DNA of 62,781 bases, filler included, from Sphacelaria rigidula (Eukaryota), in the NCBI GenBank assembly GCA_964200075.2. It is 6 parts of 6 records of this genome, joined end to end, with 100 filler letters (N's around TTAATTAATTAA, not from the genome) between each part and the next. Parts side by side here need not be neighbours in the genome. Positions count along the whole stretch, not along the records: positions 20,964 to 31,343 come from CAXNAA020006607.1; positions 31,444 to 41,823 come from CAXNAA020006608.1; 4 more parts are not named here. The stretch is one strand, 5' to 3'. The first letter of the stretch is position 1; each line of letters begins with the position of its first letter. The position numbers were made by a program, and so were the translations under genes. Below, piece after piece: positions 21,800-35,100 of the stretch. The notes beneath the pieces were generated by a model. It worked only from the letters and a program-made list of their open reading frames with translations, made no database searches and was not told the origin of the DNA.

Positions 21800-24700
21800 C
21801 TCGGGGTCCTGCTAAACCGCCGCCTAGGGGACCACCGCCTTCGACAGCATCGAGCAGGGCTGTCCCAGCGCAGCCACCGCCAGGTATGGAAAGGATGGGC
21901 GTCATAGTGAACAAAGAGAGATGAGAACACGAGTCAGCTGAGATGGATACTGCCTGTTAGAATGGACATTGTCGATTGCCTTGCTACGAATGTTAGCTGC
22001 GGAATATGTCACCGGTACTATTGGAATACCACGTCGGCAGCACGGAGCGTAAGCGTGGTACTAGTTGACGAGCGAACGAACGAACCACGTTACCAGCCCT
22101 ATTTCTCATACGACATTGTTCGGGGAGACCGAGCAAGCTTCACCAACGCGAACATACGCGCAACTTGCCCATTTATTCTTGCGTTTTCCATTTTCAACGC
22201 CACGGTTCAGAGCACGAACGATTATGGGTCCTCTTCAACTTGTTCGTACCCAAGAAAGAATAGTAGTATTGATCACGAACCCGCTATCTTTCATCTAATA
22301 CTACACAAGCGAGGCCTTCAATCTAATGCTTGATAACATCACCAAAGATGGTAGCTCCGACACCTGCAAGTCTTGTCTTATTCCCTCATCACAGGGAATG
22401 CGAATTACCCGTATATATCCGTTGACTACCCGTGTCTATGTACCGAAGCAGGAATCTTTGGTGACGTAATGAAGAGTAAAGCACTCAACATCCATGTAGT
22501 CATCATCCATGTGCAGTATAAGAGAGTTTTCGGAAAACGCTTTTTTGTCATTTCAGAGTGCAAATATCTCCAGATTAGAGTGCAGAATAAAACAACATAC
22601 CCCATCGAAAAAGAGTGAAGGGGGTACCACATTTGACGGAGGTGGAAACAATTTTTCGTTACCCTCTGATCCTAAAATGTTTGCACTCTGAAATGACAAA
22701 AAGATGCGTTTCCCGAAACTCTCTTTTATCAAACAGCAATTTTAGTATCGGCACCGAGTGCAGTTACCTTCTTCAGTCCAGATAAATACGAAGAATCTGG
22801 TTCCCGTCATCGAAAGCCTGCTGACGCAAGAGGCGAAGAAACAATTCGGCGAGAGTTGACGCAGTGCATGAGTACTGATCCAATCCCTTACAGCAAAATA
22901 TATGGCAGGTACCGTGGCAAACATGGGTTGATCCCTTGCGACAACGAACTCACCACGTGGAAGAGGACGGATTCAAAACGTTGAAATTTTGGCAGAAAGA
23001 GAAAAAACGCACAGCAGATGACTCGATAGCTTAGATCGAAAATCCTGGTTCTTATCTTTTTCAAAGCTGGTATTCGCTTATTTTATTATCCTTGTTCTGG
23101 CGTGTGAATTACGTGGATATTCGATCTATCCCGGGCATGAGTACGGTATTGGATGCTTCTTCACAAATATATCCTCAAAGCACCACTCCAAACGCGGCCA
23201 ATCGGCTCCTGCTTCAAATCCCCCTATCGCGTGTTTTTCCTCTTGAGGGCAAAATAGCCCTCTGGAGGATAAAATACCCTCAAGTGGATCGTGATGCCTC
23301 TGGAGTGGACAGCACACGAACCCTCCAGAGGACACATGGTGCTCTGGAGCACGTGATTTCACTGAGGGTACCTCTGTGGGAAATTGGACAATAGTACTCT
23401 GGAGGATCCACCGATGATGGCCTCTAGGGCACTTCTGCAACTCCAGAGGAAACAGCGGTGCAATATCCTCTAGTGTGTAAATTTATCTCTGTGGAGTTCG
23501 CACTAAGTCAAGCCTCCGGACAACGCTTGTCCTCTACAGGCCAACCATGTAATATTTCCCGTGCAGGAGCAACCGATAAGGGCCTCTAGAGCACCTTTGC
23601 GACTGCAGAGGGCATAGGGATAAAACACCCTACGGTGTGTTTATCTCCGGAGCACGTACTGTACGTCAAACCTCTGAAGGGCATTTGTGCTCTCTACGCA
23701 CCAACAATGGGTGAACTCCAACTGAGAAAGGATGCGACATTCGTCTGGGGCTTCACAGTACTATGTGTACACGACCATACTACAAGGCAATGGCCAGAGA
23801 TGCCGATTTCCCTCCATGCAAGCTCCAGCCTTCTAGATACCCCTTGAAAATAACCCCCCCGTATAGCCCAGAGATTGCGAAGCGTGAAGCATATCTACTG
23901 TACTGTACTGTATACTACTTCAAGCTGCAGTCTCTCACCATGTCTTCGACCGTTTTGTACGGGGTCGTTTTTAGTCTAATATAGTGTATTGCAAGCTGTT
24001 GTTCCCCACCATTTTCACGGCCCTTCTTCCGACTTAACTTCAAGTTGCCTTTTTTTGTGCATGGCAGCCGGCATTTATTATATGGTGCCCTGCGGGCTAC
24101 GAGTTTTTCGGAGTCGGGTATATAACAATGGATCGTGCATGCTGAAAATGAAATATCTCCGCCTGTTGCTCAATAGTATGGCCGTGTGTGTACATACTGG
24201 TAGCCAGTATGTGGGATTTCTACAGCAGAAGCTGTTGGAGAGTTCTTCTTTTGCCCAATTTGAACAAAAATGGCGGGCAAAACGAGGATTTTCGAACAAT
24301 CACTGCTGTGTAAGTCCCATATACTAACAACAGTGCAGTATATGGGACTTACACAGCAGAGGCTGTTCGAAAATCCTCTTCTTGTAAATTTCAGTATAAA
24401 GGTTTGGGCACAACGGGGATTTCGAACGGCGTCTGCTGTACGAATCCCATACACTGTACTATTGTCAGCACCTGGGATTTATACAGCAGATGCTGTCCGA
24501 AAATCCGCGTTTCGCCCAATTATAGTATGAATTTATGGGGAAACCGAGGGTTTTCGAACAAACTTTGCTGCACAAATCCCAGACGTACTTTAACCGGTAT
24601 GATATTTCCACAGCGTGAGTGCAGTCATTGTTAATCCAGAGGATTTCGGTATTGAAAAAAATCCTCGACGAGGACTCCGATAGTGAAATCCCTCTGACGA

Positions 24701-27700
24701 AGACTTCGATGTTAACCCCCCCCCCTCCCCCCCGAGAATTTGCGAATGCCTAAGATCCTCTATTGGGGAGTTTCAAAACGGACGGCATGTTCGGAGACGT
24801 TTGGAAAATTGTCCAGAGGATTTTCGAGGGCAGCCGAATAGCCGCGTGTGTCACCATTTCGATTGACCCAACGACGATTACCATCGTTCTGCCAACCTGC
24901 AGGTGTTGTCGATCGGGTGTACCTAGAGCATGTACTGCTGGAGCCCATCCCCGACAGAGATTGATTGCTTTTGCATGAAGCGAATCATGTCATCGTGCTT
25001 CCCATGCTTTTCCAATTCCACGCTCCCTGCTCGTCGCTCGACTTGTTGAAGGTGCACCGCCTGTCAAGGCCGAGGCTAAACCAACCCCCACGCCATCTAC
25101 ACCAACGCCTGCCGTTGAAGAACAAAAGAAGGCACCACCACCTCCGCGATTGGCCCCCGCGGCTGCGCCGCCCCCGACGGCCGGAAGTCCTTCTCGTAAA
25201 CCTCCACCTGGAAAACCGCCAGGCTCACCCCCTCCAGCCGGTGGGTGTGTTCGCTACACCAAAAGGGTCAGCACGCCATGGTGCCAGTTTACTGGATGCT
25301 TTACCAGAAACGATGCGAGAAGCTTTGGAATATGATGATGAGTTTGCGTGATTTCATTCGTCAAGATTTTGGACCATCCTTTCTCAAGCTGATTTTTGTC
25401 GCGGTCAAGTCATCATCCAGAGGTTGCAAATTTGTTGGATCTCTGACCATGTGTACATACATTGTATAGTTTCTGTTCTTGACGCTTGTTCAAAATTTTA
25501 TGTCTGAGCCTCCTGTCTCTGCGTTGATATAGTGTGCTTACTCTCTTCATAGAATCAAAAGAGTGCTGGTTGGGCTGAAATCCTCTTTCCCGGCCCATCT
25601 TTGCCTCCCGGGGCTTCACCTCCTGCCCCAGTTTTCATGTCGGGGTGAATTATCCGTTATTTGTCCTGGTATGCTGTGGCCATTCAGAGTAGGACTGCAC
25701 CTACATAAAACTGGAACTTTCCTCTCACACAGTTGATGGCGGACTCGTCAACTTCCCGATCAAGACGATTGTAATACGCGGTTTTTTCTGTCTTCCTGGA
25801 AGGATGCTAACAACTCTGTGAACACAGCTGTTGCGTGCATGATTTTGTTTTCGTGCGGTTTGTTTTCAATGCATGCAACCCCCTACGTGTGCCATGATCA
25901 CGAGTACGTGTTCTGTGGCATACAAATTCAAGCGTTTGCAACCTCATTGACGCAAGCTGGCCACGTCTCGAAGTATCCATATCCTTCACTCCTTCTTCCC
26001 CTTGAAAACACATGCTAGTGACCGTCCGTCAGTCACCCAGGTGTCGAACAAGGTATTCTTGACATGTGAGCACACCGCAAATGACAGTTGAAAGAGATTC
26101 ACGACTTCATATTTCGGCTGCCTGTCTCGGCACGAATATCATTCATCTCCATTGCTTTCGCAAGGTCAGAACTATACTCCTTACGTTGCATCATCACCCC
26201 CCGGAGTAGCCCTCGTCCAGAAGTCGAACTTTGGTGGATCTCTGAGCTTGCAGCAATTGTCCGTCAACCCCCCTTCTCTCTCCTGCCCTTCCTCCCCCCT
26301 AAATGCCGCCCCATCTCTCCTCTCGACCCTGGACGTACCGTAGATGGCAAACCGTCTACCCCCACCCGTGCTCCTCCTTCCAAGCCACCCACCGGGTCTC
26401 CACCAATCCCAGCCCGCCCACCCTCAGGTAATTTTGTACGTCATGTAATTGAACAATTGATTGGCTGGTTGGCTGGTTGATTATGCGATTAGCTGATGGA
26501 CTGCGTGACACTTCCTGATGTACTGGAGATCCAAAAGTTGGACACCCGGGGGGCGGGGGAGGGGGTGTGAGTTCTCCATGATTTACATTGCAGGCGTTGC
26601 ATATCTGTAGCTCCAGGTGTAGACGTGTCTTTGATTTCCGTAGAGATAAACTGTCTCTGCTCTCGAATGTGCGAAAAAATATGCTCGAGGCGGGGACCCT
26701 TTCGTGGCATTTGCTTTCTGTCCTCGCTAAACCGCGTGTGGTCGAGCCCGATACGTTGCATGCTACGCCCATCACAAATCTCCCCGAAAAACGTTAAAGT
26801 GTATCACTCGTCACTGTCATTGACGGTTCTGCCCACGGAACGTTTGCCAACGGTTGCACTACGAAGTTTTGTCGGCACGACAACCGAGGGGTTGAAGGGT
26901 GTGTGTTTAGTATTCTTCAATTTTCGGCTGGCTCGCCAAAAAAGGAAAACTTCGCAAGGAACTCGCACGATGAATAGGACTGCGAACGTCAGACGAGCAT
27001 ACTTGAGTGCGTGACATGATCGCATTTCACGTCAAATGCATACATATACTTGCTGCTGCTGCCTCGATCATTTTCCTACCCAGGTGCCCCCCCAGGTCGT
27101 CCCCCACCAGGCGCCCCGGCTGGCTCACCGCTCCCTACCGCCTCTCGCGGGCCTCCGCCTTCTAGCCCCCCGCCCGATACTGCCGCAGGTAAATATCAAG
27201 ATAATATTTCTTGAGCTCTCTGGGCTTCACCACTTCTATGCTCTCCTTTTTCTCTGCTCTCCCTCTTCCCCATCTTTCTCTCTATATACGTGTGTTTTTT
27301 ACTGCCGGTGTATGCCAGAGTAGTATGGCATCTCGCTTCATCGTGTTTGTTCATGGATGAGAGGGTCCGCCGTGCCCCAAATAGTGCCGTCGTAGTACAG
27401 AAGACGTCATTTTTTTTTCCCCCACGACGTTTTTGGTGGATCATGACTGGGTACGGGTGTGGTCCTGCGCAAGTTCTCTCCCGCCGAAGCCATGTGGCAA
27501 AGACCGGCCATTGTTTCGACGATATATATATTTTCCATGTCTTGGTCTGTGCTGTTGTTGTGCCCTACCTTTTCTCTTCTCTATTTCTTCTTTAGCCAGT
27601 CTTTCAGGGTTGGGTTGCCTCGGGTGCCACTATCGTGACCGCGGCTGGGTCCATGAGGGATCAATGAACAGTACGACAGTCGATCAATCAATCGATCAAC

Positions 27701-30384
27701 CATCGGCTGACGGGGTCATCGGTGGTGAATTATCGTTTCCCCTCAGCTGCCGAGCTCGATGATATCGTGTTTGTGTCTCCCTCGTGTGTCCTGGTAACAG
27801 CTAGCAGTTATGGTGATTTCCAAAAGCCCCGCCGTAGCGCTCCTCGCGCAGGGGAGCATAAAACATCTAGAAATGTGATCGGATTCGGTGTTGAACGTCG
27901 ATCACGGTGCGGAAGTGCAAGTAAGATATTGGAAAGAGAAAGATGGGGTGATCCCTTGAGACTTTTCGCGGACTCGTCCTGAGCAGAAGAGGGCGGGCGG
28001 GCAGGCGGACGCGAGCGGGGGGAGGGGGGGGATACATGTACGAAACAGAAGGGAAATGAAAAAAAAAAGTGCCAAACTCCCGGCAGATTGTCCCGTTGTT
28101 CATCATGGCTTTTCCCCAGACATGAAACTCGATGTAAGTGTTCGTGTTATCCTTAGTGAACCTTCAAGTAGCCTACTGCTACTTGGCATTTCTGGTGCCC
28201 CCAAGCCGAAGGATCGCGCGGGAGACATGGGGGAGCCCTTACCGGTGTTTTGGAGGAAGTCGTAAGTCTTGATGTTTCATGACCAGACACGTCGTAAGTG
28301 AAACGCTCGGTACTCATCTCGCGCCTTCCAAAGATGATACTAGGGTGGATTACAGTGCCGGAGTAGCTCGAAGTAGTCGTGAACAGGCATGCGCTTTGTG
28401 CACCAAGTTAGTTAGGTTTGGTGTTGACTTGAAGAGGTTTGAGGACCGGTTCAAAACCACAGAAATCATGGAATAAAACAAACAGCAAGTTAGCGTGATT
28501 AGTGCTGTGCTACACACGTGGAACGTGTGAGTGACATCACGGCAAAAAACTGCATTAAAGTATAAGCACTTCGAGAACATGCACTCTCGTTACTCGTCTG
28601 GTCGGGAGTAATTTGTTTGAGTGCTGAATCATTGAGGAGGGTGCCCCTCCGCTCGAACGGCAGTAGGTGTAGAAGGTCGCGCAGTGTATCGACTGGGTTG
28701 ACAAGATGCGGTACCCAATCTCGACATTCTATATATGCAAGGACCCGTACTGCCGTATGATCCCGTTCACCGATGAATCTTGACCTTAAACTTTCAACGC
28801 TGCAGCACGTTCCCATGGCATGACCACCGCAGCTCTCGAGAAGAATCTAAGTCGGAGTTTCCCCCTATTACCTCGGACGATGGTTGCAGCAGGCCACCTG
28901 GCATTTTTTTGTCTGTATTCTCGGTCGGGCGGTCCCTGACTGCCGTTAATTCTTCCACACACGACCGCTACCGCGTATCACTGAAACGTTTGTCGTCACA
29001 CTCTTCGGGAAAAGTTTGAATGCAGCCGAGGTCGAGAGATATCACCGAGTTTTGATTAGAACCACAAACCTACTTGTCAATTTTCTCACCCCCCTCGTAT
29101 GTACCCACTGCTGCAGGTTCTTCCCCCCGCGGTTCTCCATCGCGTGGTCCACCTCCAGCCGCCCCCCCTCCGCGCGGCGCCCCACCAAGAGGACCTTCGC
29201 CAAGGGGACCTCCTCCCGCATCACCGGGACAGCCACAGCAAGATGCACCAGCTGTGGCTGCCACTTCTCAATCACCGCGTGAGTGGTGGGAGACGTATTT
29301 GTTGCGTTCTGTTTGCAGAACCGAGTAGAAACTTGTGTGAAAAACGACGACCACACCCTCTTCCTTCCTGGGTGAAAAAATGATATTTTGGGATACTTTC
29401 CTCACTCCGCGCAAGATTTTGTCGCTGTGTGAGCGAGTGGTCATCACCCAGACATTAAGAATTATCGGCCCCTGAGTACAATCTGTTCGCACGTAGAAAG
29501 ATAGTACAAGTCTAAAATCTATGGGTCACACTCTAGAAAATCGGCCATCAATCACCAGGAAAACTCTTTCTTATACGGGGGCTGTACGGTATACGAGGGA
29601 GGGCGTGCCTGGTATGGAGCCACCACCCAAGCTAATTTGTTTCACTGTTGCGTCAAGTCACTCGCTTGGCCCTCTCTTGGCTCTCGTAGAGCGACGTTCC
29701 ATATGTGGGGGGTGCCTCTCGAAATGCTCCCCTTGTTCGTGACGAGTCCTCAGCCCCGAGGATCTCACCCATCTCGTCTCCCGTACTTGCCTTGCCTTGT
29801 ACCTCAAGACCAACATCATCGTCATCGAGCATCGGACCATCGCTCTCGCAGCCCGTACGAGTAGCCCTTCGATTTTCATCGAATTGCATTACATTCTCGC
29901 CAAATCTCGCTCTCAAGTTTTCGGACGACGGGGCGCCCGAAAAAGCGTCCTTTACGATCGGGGCTCAGATCGCAGAAGGCTGCTCCAGCTATTGTTGAGG
30001 TAACACCTTGACAACCTGGGCGCGGCGACAACGCCAGAGATGGTGCGGCATCATCCCTGGGCAACTAGCGTACCGCGTGGAACTGCTCACCATCTCGTCC
30101 TCCCGCCCTATTACTTGACAAATGTGTGTTTCACCTTGACAGGCGTCGCGTCCACGCCTCCAAGGGAACCTCCACCTGGTCCATCACCTGGTCCTCCACC
30201 TGGTCCACCACCCGGTCCCCCACCTGGATCTCCAACGGCATCTCCAACGGCATCTCCAACGGCATCTCCACCGGGACTGCAAAGGCAAGAGAAGCAGAAC
30301 GCGGAGGGCGGTCGAGATGGAGAGGATGCGGGGGTTTCGGGTCCACCGGCGAAGGCACCTAGAAGTCCTCCTCCATCCCCCAAG
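21800..30384 (+). CDS. Partial multi-exon gene for a proline-rich low-complexity protein; exons 21800-21883, 25052-25240, 26344-26427, 27084-27188, 29117-29278, 30143-30384 (5' and 3' ends outside the contig)
   Basis: Each exon is bounded by AG/GT and the phases join into one open frame: ARGPAKPPPRGPPP.. / GAPPVKAEAKPTPTPSTP..KPPPGKPPGSPPPA / DGKPSTPTRAPPSKPP.. / GAPPGRPPPGAP.. / GSSPRGSPSRGPPP.. / RVASTPPREPPPGPSPGPPPG..SPPPSPK. The acceptor of the first exon is least certain. Confidence 0.82.
22518..22729. mobile_element. Intronic MITE with ~50-bp TIRs
   Basis: AAGAGAGTTTTCGGAAAACGCTTTTTTGTCATTTCAGAGTGCAAA pairs with TTTGCACTCTGAAATGACAAAAAGATGCGTTTCCCGAAACTCTCTT. Confidence 0.75.
23255..23685. 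repeat. Cluster of CCTCTGGAG-like motifs in both orientations, probably a transposon subterminal remnant
   Basis: More than ten CCTCT(G/A)(G/T)AG or CTCCAGAGG motifs at irregular spacing. Confidence 0.5.
24206..24589. repeat. Six ~55-bp units in alternating orientation (three tandem palindromes)
   Basis: Unit TGGGA(T/C)TT.TACAGCAGA.GCTGTTCGAAAATCC and its reverse complement alternate. Best stem is CTGCTGTGTAAGTCCCATATACT / AGTATATGGGACTTACACAGCAG. Confidence 0.85.
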
Positions 30385-30432
30385 GTGCCTTACTCTGTGT
30401 GGTACCGGGCAGCTACCTTTGCTATCTTAGTC

Positions 30433-30495
<63 letters not shown>
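30433..30495. repeat. Compound microsatellite (GCA)n(GTA)n, intronic
   Basis: Directly visible. Confidence 0.95.
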
Positions 30496-30640
30496 ATTGC
30501 TATTCACGCACCACCTTTTGGTTCGGCACATGTGTGCCTTAGGCAAAGTAGGAAGAAGATGACGTGGGGTGTTGGACCTGACGTTTCAAGATTGTTCTCG
30601 TGTTCGGCGGCGCACGAAATCAAGAATCGGCAAAGGAAAA

Positions 30641-30643
<3 letters not shown>

Positions 30644-30689
<46 letters not shown>

Positions 30690-30709
30690 ATGTGTGTGTG
30701 TGTATGTGT
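30644..30709. repeat. (TG)n microsatellite
   Basis: Directly visible. Confidence 0.95.
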
Positions 30710-31343
30710 TGACTTAATCTGTTTTGTATTGTTGCACTTTGTCGCAATCTGCATCCTCCCCCAGACCCGCCCGCCCCACTCCTCTCTTCGAGTCCGTTAA
30801 CATAAGCGACTCGCTTGTTCTCCCCTCGGTTTCTATGACCTGTATAAAACGTATAGCCCACCCGCCGTTTCTGAGTTAGCTGGCGTGCTACGAAGCAACG
30901 AGAAATTGTTTGCTGTCCAAGCTCTCAACTGTACATTTTGTTGAGGACTCTGAAGGCGATGCCAAGATAGTACCTCTTCATTTTATTTTGCACACAAAAC
31001 GTACGTGCTAATGCGGCACCGCTTGAGGGGAGGAGGACGGGTGGTCGGGGTGGGGGTAAATCTACTGTTTTCGGGAAGACACGGTGACGGTGCATAGGCC
31101 CATTTGCTTATGGCTGGGGCTAGTAGGTTGCATTTTTTTTGGGCTACGCTGTCTACGGGGACGACTCACCTCCTCCTCCAGCGTGAATATTGGCAGCATT
31201 TCACAAGCAATTGCTATTAATACGAGCACTGTCCAGCATACAGCATATATAATCAACATACTACGATATATATATGCTTCCTCTGTTTCATAAGTCTGGG
31301 AACCTATCTTAGTACGAGCCCTTAACGGTGTCCGATTTGATTT

Positions 31344-31443
31344 NNNNNNNNNNNNNNNNNNNNNNNNNNNNNNNNNNNNNNNNNNNNTTAATTAATTAAN
31401 NNNNNNNNNNNNNNNNNNNNNNNNNNNNNNNNNNNNNNNNNNN
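31344..31443. other. Artificial contig linker
   Basis: Same 44N-TTAATTAATTAA-44N structure. Confidence 0.98.
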
Positions 31444-32109
31444 GTGTCCTGCAGCCCAGGACTGCTGCTGCATGTTGTGAACTGTCTGTTGTAGCTGTGT
31501 GCTGTTTGTAGCATACGTAGCCTGTAACGGCTTATGCAGCCGGTCACGGTAACTAACGGTTTGAAACCATTATCCAATTTTTTCATATAACCATTGCCAT
31601 TACTATCATAATAATGATGATGACTCGTTATAACTGGTACCATTTCCGAGCTCTAGAGAGTACCGATAGTCTTGCGCTGTCTGCACGGCACGTTACCTGC
31701 TTCTCTTTCACATCCTACTGTACGAAACACGCATACACACACACTCAGGCGCACTGTACGAACATAGCGCAGACAGTATAGTGATATCAAGTGTAGACAA
31801 GCGAATAAGTGCTGCTTCATTAGTCTAAGTCTTCTTGCGATCGATAGCTGGGAAATTCGTTTGGACCCAACTCACGAGAAACGAAGGAATTCGCTTTGAT
31901 CAATTCCACCGCACATTTTTAACGATCGAAAGATGATGTGATAAGACACGGCCTTACACAATAATTGGGTAGAGCGTCGAAATCGTACTCAACGTATCCA
32001 AATTTGGGGCGAAGTACTGAGGCGATACCCAAGTGACACTTTATTCTCTGTTATTTTTTCCCCATGATTGCCGTCTCCACCGTTTCTGCTTCGCTCCGTT
32101 CTGAATTAG

Positions 32110-35100
32110 CAGCGCCCACAACTCGTCCCACGGGCAACGAGGCATCGGTGATGGCGATGATGACCGCACCGAAGAATACGATGAAGTGCAAGCCCTGGCC
32201 AGGTCGCGAGTGCTGCTCGGCGTCGCACTCGGCCTGGCCCGCGCCGGTCTCGGGGCCGACGCCTCCAAGGGTCTAGTTAAGGCCGCCGCGGTTCGTCCTA
32301 GGTGAGATATGGATCGAGATCTTGGCAGCACCCGCCAAGTACGGCTATGTGGAGGTACAGTAGTGGGCGATCTAACTATTTGGGGGTGTTTCGGGGTTTC
32401 CCTCGCGTACTACTCTTCGATAGAAGTCGAAATTGTTGGCTTCGGTAGACTTTGGTACAACACAACATATCATTTTCGAAACACAGTGCCCAAGTCAGTG
32501 TTACTTGGTGTTATGGGGCGAAACGAGTGAATACCCGTTCATCAGGAGGGTGTTACTGACCGTGAAACACAGTTTTCCCGCCCTAGCACTCTGAGAAGGC
32601 AGAATTTCAGAAAAAGAAAACTGCACATGTCTCTGCAAATATGACCGAGACGGGCTCGATCGACGGTAAATACAAATGAGTAAGAATCTGGGCTGAAACG
32701 TGGCAGGACCCACAATGACCGGTCAGCCCGTAAGTCACTCAATATTGAGTACAGATGATTTTTTCCTCTTGGAATGTGGAGCGGATACAAATATATTCAG
32801 ATTTCCGATGTGATGAGGGGTGGCGAGCGGAAAGAGCTCAAGAAAATCGCTAATCACGAAAAAGTCACAAAATGCCATAACATGAATAGTTAGACCGCCC
32901 ACTGCTGTAAATTACACGTCTTTCCGATTCACATGCCAGCTCTGGTGACCTTGTTTTGTACATTTTATTGGTTCATGCCATACTACGCACTAGTTTTAGT
33001 ATCATCGTGCGTGATTAGTAGCATCGCGTGTGAAAGTGTAAATCTACTTCAAACCTTGAGCGCGCTGCAGTTATCGGGGCATATCCTGGGCCGGAGCACA
33101 TCCCACATGTTCACCGACATGACTCACCCTCAGCCGTGGGCATGGCCTAGTTTTCCACCAGCCGCGCCCGAAGAATTAATCGAAGTGTTGTAGCATATCA
33201 GGTGAACTGCGCGTGTTGAATGGTCTATCCGAGTATGTTTCAGGAATACTTTTGTCATATTCTTGGCCTCAGTAGTCCACATTTGCAGCAAGACTATTAA
33301 CTTTCATGTTTACCCACCCGTAACGTGCTTTGAAAGCCCTCCTCCCTTCGTTCGCCATAAACTCATGCTGCCGATCTGTCTCGGGAGCAGTACTCACTTC
33401 GCGTCTTCACCTTTCCCCCTTCCACGCCCCCTATTCTCCGTCTGCTTCCGTCCCCATCTTGTTCACGCACCCACCCACCCACCTACTTACACACTGCACA
33501 TGCACGAAGGAACGTGTCTCCCGGCGACCCCCGAGACAGGTCCATCGTCCTCATCGCTCCGGCCGCTTCAGCTTTGTGCCTCGCGATGCCGCTCATGGCG
33601 AGCGGTGGCAGCGGCGGCGATGACGGTGTATATGGAACGCTATTCGGGGTTCTAGCTCGGTGCATGAGGGATGCTGTGGACCTACTGGCGAGCGTGGTGG
33701 GTGAAGCCGCAAGGCTTGGGCAAGCAGTTCGCCCAGAAAGGTGAGGGCTGTTGTAAGAATCGTGATACAATAGCCTTTTCACCCATGTCTTATGTGATCA
33801 TGAAACGAAAATGTCGTTTCTATTTCCTTCGAACTACCGTGTGGGTTCTTTCGCTGCGCGAGTACTGTAACCTTGCTCTCACGTTTTCGTTCGTGTATAA
33901 GTTGCCATGGGGACGGTAGGTGCGACGCGCGATTCTCAGATTCTTTATTGTGAATGCATCGCGTGTTGTGCAGTGTTTTCGTGCGTGCTCCCGTTCTGGG
34001 AGAAAATCATCGCCGAACATGAAGCCGCCTGTGTCATTTTTACACCTCCGGGCAGATTATTCAGGCGCCCCGCCAGAAACGTTTTGACAGCAGCGGCAAC
34101 AGCAGCAACCTCGTATGAACGTTCGAATCCCCCCCCCCCCCGTTCTCACTGCGAGCGCTCATGTAACCCACCCGTATCTCCTCTCATCTCTCCTAGCTTT
34201 GCTGCCGGCCCCGAAATGACTCTCATGTAGGTTGGAGCGTCCAAGGGCCGCCGTTGGACTGGCTGCCTCATGCATCCTTTCAGCGCTGTGCCACCTAGGT
34301 CCACGGGCCCAGCGAAGGTCACCACCTTCAGGCTCGCTGCCGCTGAGTGACGTTGGTGTGGCGACGAGAGCAGCAACGGACGCTTTCGTGGAGGTGCTCG
34401 GTCGGGCCTTGGACAAGCGCTTCATTGACCACCTTGGCCGTCCGGCGCTCACCGTGGTCCTGTTTGCCCTGCTCAACTGCTGGCCGTCGTCCGTGAGCGG
34501 GTCCGCGGCACCACCATCGGCAGCGGCGGCGACGACGGCTTCGTCACCACCAGATGGACGGGGATATGCTATGGGCTGGTGGCATACCAGCAGGTTTGAT
34601 TCTTCCGCTGTAGTCGGTGGTGGTGGTGTCGGGGTCGGGGTCGGTGTTGGTACCTGTGCAGCTGGTGCAGCCGGTGTCGCAGCCATGGCGGTCGAACCTG
34701 CCGTCGCCGGCAACTTGCAGACAAATGCATCAATGTCTACATCAGCAACGACCGCCGCCCCGTCGTCATCGCTGCCAGCGTCGTCAGTGATGCTCAGACA
34801 ACCCGATTCGTCGGATATGCACCAGGGCGAGACTCTGATGGCGAGCAGAGGCACCGGCATCGACTCGGGCGGCAGTCGCTGTGCCAATCATTCAGGCACA
34901 GTAGGAGCAGGCAGCGGAAGCTGTAGCGGACGTGGTGGTGATTCGGAGGAGCAGGATGAGATGCAGGACGAGTATGGATCATGGGACCATTTCCTCGAAG
35001 ACGTTGACTTGGAAGCCCTGCTGGCGGGTGGCGGGCAGAACACCATTGCCACGGCCCCATGCGATACTATTCAGACCCAACTCGACAAGCGAAGAGCGGA

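Noticed and set aside
30385-30717. Poly-Ala/poly-Val 'transmembrane' and CV-repeat tail of ORF 30040-30717
   Set aside because: Translation of (GCA)n(GTA)n and (TG)n microsatellites downstream of the splice donor at 30385; most likely intronic.
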